This document shows, one piece after another, positions 1-4,829 of a DNA stretch of 4,829 nt. The notes under the pieces are model-generated. The model did not search any database. It was given only the letters and a program-made list of their open reading frames with translations, and was not told the DNA's origin. Position 1 is the stretch's first letter; each line of letters opens with the position of its first letter. Source of the DNA: a virus (taxonomy: Duplodnaviria; Heunggongvirae; Uroviricota; Caudoviricetes); IMG/VR virus record IMGVR_UViG_2579778982_000027; one strand, 5' to 3'. The position numbers and the translations under genes are program-made.

Positions 1-13
1 TTTCATACGATAG

Positions 14-45
14 TGTCCATTAAAAATGATGGACATTATTTTTGT
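14..45 (+). terminator. Candidate rho-independent terminator for plus-strand transcription entering from the left
   Basis: Perfect 7-bp inverted repeat TGTCCAT (14-20) / ATGGACA (29-35) with an 8-nt loop, followed on the plus strand by TTATTTTTGT (36-45). Stem is short and AT-rich, so weak. Confidence 0.3.
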
Positions 46-85
46 AGAGCCGGAGGAAACAGACCAGACGGTTTAAATGAGCCGG

Positions 86-190
86 TTACTCTAATGCATC
101 AGCAGGCCATGTTCCATTTACTTCATAAGTGTTTTTTAAATTAACAGCATAAAAAGCATTTTCCGAAGGGGAATAAATATATTGATTCAT
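86..190 (-). pseudogene. Tail-fibre assembly protein (Tfa) N-terminal stub, truncated after 34 codons
   Basis: Hand translation from ATG at 190-188 gives MNQYIYSPSENAFYAVNLKNTYEVNGTWPADALE, then TAA at 88-86. The FYS..NAFY...L...YE..G.WP.DA.E pattern matches the N-terminus of phage Tfa chaperones as I recall them (normally about 180-200 aa). None of the three downstream frames continues a Tfa-like sequence. Confidence 0.5.
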
Positions 191-191
191 A

Positions 192-581
192 TTATCTTCC
201 TATTGCGATAATCATAGTTCCATACAAACCATTTCCGGTTGATACTTTTAAGGTTACTGATGTCCTTGTTGTCGTGTACCCCATAAGTTTAAAGGTCGGA
301 GCAGCGGTTAATGAGCCATCTGACCATAAGGCACTAACAGCCAGTGCGCCTGAAGGAAATGCAATAGGGAAATTACCTGTAGTTCCGTTAGTGTCCGCCC
401 CATAAACATTCATCGAAAACATTTGGACAATATGACCACTTGGTAACTGAAACCAGTTTTTGCCAGATGGAAATGCAGACATATCTGGTATCTGATTTTC
501 CCCTGTTCCCACATTCCGTTTTGCCGCTTCTCCCAAACCAACGTTTAAGAAAATGCAGAGATTACGGCTAACTGGCATCAT
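192..581 (-). CDS. Phage tail-fibre protein, C-terminal variable (receptor-binding) domain fragment
   Basis: 129-aa ORF whose N-terminus carries LNVGLGEAAKRNVGTGENQIPDMSAF, the conserved constant/variable junction motif of side tail fibres in Mu/P1/e14-type invertible systems (from memory). Its 5' end faces the invertase start, as stfE faces pinE in e14. An in-frame TAA (591-593) lies just upstream, so no constant N-terminal fibre portion is attached in this orientation. Confidence 0.6.
   Translation of the reverse strand: MMPVSRNLCIFLNVGLGEAAKRNVGTGENQIPDMSAFPSGKNWFQLPSGHIVQMFSMNVYGADTNGTTGNFPIAFPSGALAVSALWSDGSLTAAPTFKLMGYTTTRTSVTLKVSTGNGLYGTMIIAIGR
528..553. other. Candidate hix/gix/cix-like 26-bp crossover site for the invertase
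   Basis: TTCTCCCAAACC-AA-CGTTTAAGAAAA: two imperfectly inverted 12-bp half-sites around a 2-bp core, with the AAACC/NN/GTTT centre typical of Hin-family sites (consensus half-site roughly TTATCAAAAACC). It lies in the codons for the junction motif (IFLNVGLGE), 55 bp before the invertase ATG. Match to consensus is partial, about 10/12 and 8/12 per half. Confidence 0.3.
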
Positions 582-608
582 CCCCGGTTTTTATTCAGGG
601 GATCCATC

Positions 609-1208
609 ATGCTTATTGGCTATGTCCGCGTATCAACAAATGACCAGAATACAGAATTGCAGCGTAACGCGCTGGAGTGCGCAGGATGTGAACTGATTTT
701 TGAAGATAAAATCAGCGGAACGAAATCAGCCAGACCGGGATTGAAAAAACTGCTCAGAACGCTATCAGAAGGAGATACGCTGGTTGTCTGGAAGCTGGAC
801 AGACTGGGCAGAAGTATGAAACACCTGATCACGCTTATTGAGGAATTGCGGGAAAAAGGTGTTAATTTCCGTAGTCTGACGGACAGCATTGACACATCAA
901 CACCCATGGGGCGTTTCTTTTTTCACGTCATGGGAGCTTTAGCCGAAATGGAACGTGAATTAATTGTAGAGCGTACACTGGCCGGGCTGGCAGCAGCACG
1001 CGCACAAGGACGCATTGGCGGACGTCGCCCGAAGTTGACAAAAGAACAACACGAGCAAATAGCGAGGCTGATTAAAAACGGTCATGACAGGAAACAACTG
1101 GCGATCATTTACGACATCGGCATATCGACGATTTATCGTTATCACCCTGTAGGCGATATACAGGCTGAAGAAACAATCAGGCAGATTCAGGAAAATGAAA
1201 ACCGCTAA
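609..1208 (+). CDS. Serine site-specific DNA invertase, Hin/Gin/Pin/Cin family
   Basis: 199-aa ORF with family hallmarks: MLIGYVRVSTNDQ (catalytic Ser in VRVST), LVVWKLDRLGRS, SLTDSIDTS, MGRFFFHVMGALAEMERELIVERT, GRIGGRRPKL and a C-terminal HTH (LAIIYDIGISTIYRY). Closely resembles Pin/Gin as I recall them. SD-like AGGGGA sits 6 nt before the ATG. Appears intact. Confidence 0.95.
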   Translation: MLIGYVRVSTNDQNTELQRNALECAGCELIFEDKISGTKSARPGLKKLLRTLSEGDTLVVWKLDRLGRSMKHLITLIEELREKGVNFRSLTDSIDTSTPMGRFFFHVMGALAEMERELIVERTLAGLAAARAQGRIGGRRPKLTKEQHEQIARLIKNGHDRKQLAIIYDIGISTIYRYHPVGDIQAEETIRQIQENENR

Positions 1209-1230
1209 TCTGACCATTAGCGGTTTTGCG
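1197..1230. terminator. Bidirectional rho-independent terminator between the convergent invertase and U genes
   Basis: Perfect 11-bp inverted repeat AAACCGCTAAT (1199-1209) / ATTAGCGGTTT (1216-1226) with a 6-nt loop CTGACC. T-run follows on the plus strand (GGTTTTG) and an A/T-rich run on the minus-strand side (TTTCATTTTC). It overlaps the invertase stop codon (1206-1208) and lies just 3' of the U stop (1235-1237). Confidence 0.6.
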
Positions 1231-1234
1231 TTAA

Positions 1235-1729
1235 TCAAAACAGCCCTTTAACGGAGCTGGCCGCGCTGTTAAGGGATGATGTGACCTTATCTTTGAAGCC
1301 GGACAGCATATCACTGAACGATGAGGATTGCAGGCGCTCCCGCAAATCCTCATCACAGCGTTCAAGAGTCAGTGAAAATTCTATCTTTTTCGCCTTACCG
1401 TAGCGATCAAACTCGGAGCGGGTCGTATTCGTTTCAGTCAGTACATACATGCCGTAAATCTGTCCGACGCCATCAATCAGAGGCCAGGGGCGTCCTGTAT
1501 ACGCCTGCGTGGTCAGCAGCGACAGCGACACTTCGCCACCTGTGATTTCAGGATAAAGCACACCAGAAAGCACGATGCGATCATCGCCTGCCCCGATATA
1601 CTGCCAGCTTGCTGAACGGTTAACGCGTTCATTTTTCACATGCCGCCAGCTTTTATTTTGCTGTAACTGCTGATGCGGCAATGTGCGCAGCTCAAAAACA
1701 AACATGCCGTAGATCATCATCATGGCCAT
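1235..1729 (-). CDS. gpU: Phage tail protein U (P2 gpU-like)
   Basis: 164-aa ORF directly after T; start region overlaps the T stop (TGA 1736-1738) with a GGAG just upstream. N-terminus MAMMMIYGMFVFELRTLPHQQL...SWRH resembles P2 gpU as I recall it, and size is typical. True start may be one of the later in-frame ATGs (1723 or 1720), which have better spacing from GGAG. Confidence 0.8.
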   Translation of the reverse strand: MAMMMIYGMFVFELRTLPHQQLQQNKSWRHVKNERVNRSASWQYIGAGDDRIVLSGVLYPEITGGEVSLSLLTTQAYTGRPWPLIDGVGQIYGMYVLTETNTTRSEFDRYGKAKKIEFSLTLERCDEDLRERLQSSSFSDMLSGFKDKVTSSLNSAASSVKGLF

Positions 1730-1735
1730 GACTCC

Positions 1736-4579
1736 TCAATCTTTATCGTAAAAACTGCCACGTCCGGCACGGTCGCGTCGTTCCAATTCTGCCCTGACCA
1801 TTTCACCGACCAGTTTCGCCAGTTCGCGGGGATTCTGCGTAACAACGTTATGCAGATGAACATGAATTTCACCGCCAAATCCGGAGACAACAGGCTCCCG
1901 GTTACGGGAAGTTGCAGGAACTGATGCCACTGGCGATCGTATGGCCTCCGCCACCGGGCGGGAGCTGGCCGCAACAACAGGGACCAGCGCCGGAGGCAGA
2001 GGAGTCGGGACCACGGGTGTGATGTTGATTGCGGAAGCAGGCTTACTGACCTGCGCAATCTTCCGCTCCTGCCACTCCCCACGAACAGCAAGTGCGCGGG
2101 GCAGGTTCTTAAAGACAATATCGCCGGGGCCAATGCGTTTTTTCGTCTCATCAACCAGCTTACCTGTGTTATCAGCAATTTTGCTGAGTCTGCGTAGCGT
2201 ACCGGTATTGCTGTCTGTGAGCGGTTTGTTGTCTTTGGGTTTATCACCTCCGGTGCCATTGCCATTTTCCACAGGCTTCGGCGGATTGATTTTCGCCAGG
2301 TCCCCCTGAAGCAAGGCAACCTTGTCCTGAAGAATGGCCGCACGCTGTGCGTCTTCGATTTTCTTGCGCGCCCTTTCAGCTTCATCCGGAAGGACGCCAA
2401 GTTTTTCAAGTATCCACGCCAGCGTATCCAGTAGCATTTTTGCAGGCATCAGAACAAGCTGTAACGCACCGCCAAGAACGTTACCGAATATCTCGCCAGC
2501 ACTGGTACATTTATCCAGCGTTTCCTTGCTGGACTCCATCGGTGACAGCAGCGATTTAAACCAGTTAAACACCTGGCTGATCCCGCTTCCGATTGCGTCA
2601 AAAACAGGACCAAACCGTTCAAAAGTTTCGCGCAACGGGGCCAGCCTTTCCATAATCCCGCTGAACACCCCGGCAAAAAATGCCCTGATGGGATCCCAGT
2701 ATTTCCAGATAAGAACGGCAGCTCCGGCAAGCGCAGCCACGATAAGACCAACCGGACTGAACAGCGCCCCGATAGCACCCCCCAGCAAAGAAACGGAACC
2801 CGTCACCATTCCCCATAGTGCTGGCAGGAGCCTGACAGCATTCATTGATCCGGTCAGGAGGGAAAAACCAAGACGCAGTTTTGCCAGTGGGCCAGCAAGC
2901 ACACCAAGAGCAAGCGACAACGAGCCTACGGTTGCAGTCACTGCCAGCAGCGCACCGCCTGCAATCAGTAGCTGGCGCGTCAGTACAGGATGGGCCTGCG
3001 CCAGTGCCGTCACCTTTGAGACCACCCGCGTTAGCCACTGCGTGACAGAACGCAGCGGACCGTCAATCAGATCTGCAATGCGGATGCGCAACCCTTCCCA
3101 TGCACTGCCGAGTGATTTCAGATCGCCGTCAAGGTTGTTGGCCATAACCTTTGCCGTGCGCTCAGCCTCACCGCGCGCGCCTTCAAGTTCTTTTCTCAGT
3201 TTAGGTAAGGAGCCGTCACCTGCCGCATCAACGAGGGCCATAAATGATGTGAAAGCCTCTTCTCCGGCAATGTCCTTAAAGAACGATACCCGGTCAACTT
3301 CCCCGTATTTGCGGGTGGCTTTATAAAGGTCGGCCAGCAAATCCTCCATCGGGCGCATTTTGCCGTTCGCATCAGAGACGGACACGCCCAGCTCTTTCAG
3401 AGCTTCTGCCGCCGCCTTTGGCGGTGATGCCAGACGAGCCAGGCTGGCACGCATTGCCGTCCCGGCATCACTTCCCCTGATACCCATATTCGCCAGTACG
3501 CCCGCCATCGCTGCGGCCTGCTCCAGCGATATTCCCAGCTTGCCCGCCACCGGACCTGCATATTTCATGGTTTCACCCAGTGCGCGAAGGTCAGTGTTGG
3601 TACGGGTAAACGCTGCGGTAAGTGTGTCACCGACCCGGTCCATCTGGTCAGCAGAAAGGCCGAACTGCGTCAGGATATTTGAGCCAATATCCGCCGTCTC
3701 GCCGAGATCCATACCGCCAGCCGTTGCCATGCTCAGCACGCCGGGAAGCGCAGCCTGAATGGCCTGCGGAGTAAAACCAGCCATTGCAAGAAATGCCTGC
3801 CCACTGGCGGCATCGCCTGCGGTGAACTGCGTTTCAGAGCCAAGTTTTAACGCCTGCTCACGCAGCGCCTTAAACTGCGGGCTGTTTTTGTCGATTCGCG
3901 TCAGTGCCTGAACGCGGGACATCTCTTTCCCGAACCCGATCGCAGGCTGCAAAAAACGCCCGGCAGCATAGCCGCCCGCAGCTGCCGCACCAATTGCCAG
4001 CGCACCACCTGTTTTCAGTTTTCCCGCTGTTTCCTGTGCGCGCGAATACCGCTCACGCGCCCGCGTTACACGCGCAAGCGCCTGCCGTTCGCGTTCAAGC
4101 TGGTTGTTGTACTGTTCGGTGCGTCTGATGGCCTGCTGGATGGTGTTATCGCTGCCTGTCAGGGAAATGCCGTGGCGTTTCAGCTCTCCGCCAAGCTCCC
4201 GCATTTTCTGAATTTCCCGTGTGCGCGATTCATTCAGGCGTTCAAGCCGGGTGCTTAACTGCTGCATCAGCTTTTGTTGTTTTTCGCTGAGCACTGTACC
4301 CGTGCGTTGTAACTGATTAAGGGCGTTAAGCTGGCGTCGTGCTTTCACGATACCCGCATCCGCTTTACTGACAGCGTCGCGGGCGCGCTCAAATGAACGC
4401 GCCTGACGCTCGAGATTTTTGATCGCCCCCTGCGTTCGCTGGATGGAGTCACCAAACTGCCCCATCAGGCGGCGTGCGTTTTCTGCAGGTCGGGTCAGCC
4501 TGTCAACGGCGCTGAAAGCGACCCGGATATCAAGAGTCTTCATTGTCTGCATTCCCGCTGCGAAGTGCCGCCCGCTCAC
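1736..4579 (-). CDS. gpT: Phage tail tape-measure protein (P2 gpT-like)
   Basis: Single long ORF (947 codons from GTG at 4579). Coiled-coil-rich charged N-terminal third, a central TQFTAGDAASGQAFLAMAGF-type tape-measure core, long Gly/Ala/Leu hydrophobic segments around residues 530-630, and position between chaperone E/E' and U. The first codon is GTG; in-frame ATGs at 4552 and 4543, the latter with GGGA about 9 nt upstream, make 1736..4543 (935 aa) a plausible alternative. Confidence 0.9.
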   Translation of the reverse strand: MSGRHFAAGMQTMKTLDIRVAFSAVDRLTRPAENARRLMGQFGDSIQRTQGAIKNLERQARSFERARDAVSKADAGIVKARRQLNALNQLQRTGTVLSEKQQKLMQQLSTRLERLNESRTREIQKMRELGGELKRHGISLTGSDNTIQQAIRRTEQYNNQLERERQALARVTRARERYSRAQETAGKLKTGGALAIGAAAAGGYAAGRFLQPAIGFGKEMSRVQALTRIDKNSPQFKALREQALKLGSETQFTAGDAASGQAFLAMAGFTPQAIQAALPGVLSMATAGGMDLGETADIGSNILTQFGLSADQMDRVGDTLTAAFTRTNTDLRALGETMKYAGPVAGKLGISLEQAAAMAGVLANMGIRGSDAGTAMRASLARLASPPKAAAEALKELGVSVSDANGKMRPMEDLLADLYKATRKYGEVDRVSFFKDIAGEEAFTSFMALVDAAGDGSLPKLRKELEGARGEAERTAKVMANNLDGDLKSLGSAWEGLRIRIADLIDGPLRSVTQWLTRVVSKVTALAQAHPVLTRQLLIAGGALLAVTATVGSLSLALGVLAGPLAKLRLGFSLLTGSMNAVRLLPALWGMVTGSVSLLGGAIGALFSPVGLIVAALAGAAVLIWKYWDPIRAFFAGVFSGIMERLAPLRETFERFGPVFDAIGSGISQVFNWFKSLLSPMESSKETLDKCTSAGEIFGNVLGGALQLVLMPAKMLLDTLAWILEKLGVLPDEAERARKKIEDAQRAAILQDKVALLQGDLAKINPPKPVENGNGTGGDKPKDNKPLTDSNTGTLRRLSKIADNTGKLVDETKKRIGPGDIVFKNLPRALAVRGEWQERKIAQVSKPASAINITPVVPTPLPPALVPVVAASSRPVAEAIRSPVASVPATSRNREPVVSGFGGEIHVHLHNVVTQNPRELAKLVGEMVRAELERRDRAGRGSFYDKD

Positions 4580-4748
4580 GCCAGCTAACCACTTCGCCGG
4601 GCGTCATCATGAAGATTTCGGCGGGCGACCAGTTAAAAATAACGGCAATATCTGCCACAAAGTCTTCTATGTGCTCAAAGCACACAACCGTGATCAGGCT
4701 TCCGTCGCCTGTTCGTTCTTCCCGCCAGAGTCCGCACCGCTCAAAAAA
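4530..4748 (-). CDS. E' extension of tail assembly chaperone (E+E' -1 frameshift product, gpE+E'-like)
   Basis: The -1 frame relative to E stays open from the slippery site to TGA at 4532-4530 (ERCGLWREERTGDGSLITVVCFEHIEDF...NADNEDS) and overlaps the start of T, as in P2 E/E' and lambda G/GT. Stand-alone initiation at ATG 4766 is not required. Confidence 0.55.
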   Translation of the reverse strand, partial: FFERCGLWREERTGDGSLITVVCFEHIEDFVADIAVIFNWSPAEIFMMTPGEVVSWRERAALRSGNADNEDS

Positions 4749-4829
4749 TTTACGGCAACCACACATAACTGAATAAAGTCACGGGATGCCATTTTTTTGA
4801 TCGTCACTTCATCCAGTCGCGGTGATGTC
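4694..4829 (-). CDS. Tail assembly chaperone E (gpE-like), 3' portion; 5' end lies beyond the window
   Basis: Frame is open from the window edge (...TSPRLDEVTIKKMASRDFIQLCVVAVNFLSGADSGGKNEQATEA) and ends at TGA 4696-4694. It is the short ORF immediately upstream of the tape-measure gene and carries the slippery heptamer. Confidence 0.6.
   Translation of the reverse strand, partial: TSPRLDEVTIKKMASRDFIQLCVVAVNFLSGADSGGKNEQATEA
4742..4748 (-). other. Slippery heptamer T_TTT_TTG for programmed -1 ribosomal frameshift
   Basis: On the minus strand the E zero-frame reads AAT TTT TTG (plus 4750-4742). The X_XXY_YYZ heptamer TTTTTTG places the -1 frame onto GAG CGG..., which is the E' ORF. Same heptamer class as reported for the P2 FETUD operon (from memory). 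Confidence 0.55.

Noticed and set aside
26-76. Small plus-strand ORF (MMDIIFVEPEETDQTV) and a possible minus-strand ATG at 6-4 heading out of the window.
   Set aside because: Too short or truncated by the window edge, no SD, and overlapping the hairpin; not supportable from sequence alone.
572-597. Alternative crossover-site placement using the half-site-like GGTTTTTATTCA (586-597) just before the invertase.
   Set aside because: Only one half resembles the Hin-family consensus; the opposing half (CTGGCATCATCC) lacks the AAACC centre. The 528-553 site has both halves and sits in the fibre junction codons.
620-1238. Minus-strand ORFs 620..907 and 960..1238 overlapping the invertase gene.
   Set aside because: Antisense to a strongly supported, conserved invertase CDS; the second also runs through the terminator hairpin. 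No independent coding signal.
1321-1924. Plus-strand ORFs 1321..1545 and 1673..1924 opposite U and the end of T.
   Set aside because: Antisense to gpU/gpT coding sequence, short, no RBS, no recognisable motif.
1720-3038. Minus-strand ORFs in alternative frames of T (1720..2409, 2449..2778, 2619..3038).
   Set aside because: Out-of-frame overlaps of the tape-measure CDS; Arg/Cys/Trp-rich translations typical of off-frame reading of GC-rich coding DNA.
1941-3758. Plus-strand ORFs inside the tape-measure gene (1941..2309, 2334..3326, 2347..2559, 2845..3045, 3360..3758).
   Set aside because: They are antisense to a long, well-supported CDS in GC-rich DNA, where stop-free antisense frames are expected. 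Products are low-complexity Ser/Ala/Pro/Arg-rich with no start context.
4530-4766. Treating the 78-codon minus-strand ORF from ATG 4766 as an independent gene.
   Set aside because: Better explained as the E' frame reached by -1 slippage at 4742-4748; the ATG at 4766 has no convincing SD and lies inside the E zero-frame.
4419-4776. Plus-strand ORFs 4419..4772 and 4543..4776 opposite E/E'/T.
   Set aside because: Antisense to the E/E' frameshift cassette, whose two overlapping minus-strand frames are explained by the recoding model.
1-4829. CRISPR array, tRNA/rRNA, IS element, toxin-antitoxin pair or known defence-system genes.
   Set aside because: No direct-repeat/spacer periodicity, no terminal inverted repeats with a transposase, no cloverleaf-like sequence and no ORF with defence-type motifs; every sizeable ORF is accounted for by phage tail or invertase functions.

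Overview
This window is a phage-derived tail region with a mosaic layout; I see no CRISPR array, tRNA/rRNA or recognisable defence system, and nothing I can defend as a novel system. On the minus strand (read from 4829 down) it carries a P2-type tail module: the 3' part of tail chaperone E with its -1 frameshift extension E', a tape-measure protein T of about 935-947 aa, and tail protein U. U converges on an intact Hin/Gin/Pin/Cin-family serine DNA invertase on the plus strand (609..1208), with a shared hairpin terminator between them. Left of the invertase, on the minus strand, lie a tail-fibre C-terminal variable domain (192..581) and a 34-codon stub of a tail-fibre assembly (Tfa) gene (86..190). 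The gene D that follows U in P2 is absent. Base composition shifts sharply: sampled 60-nt lines give about 27% GC in the fibre/Tfa region and about 58% GC in T. The most likely reading is a degraded or recombined prophage (or tailocin-like) locus retaining the remnant of an invertase-driven tail-fibre host-range switch. All homology statements are from reading the translations and from memory of the families, not from a database search.
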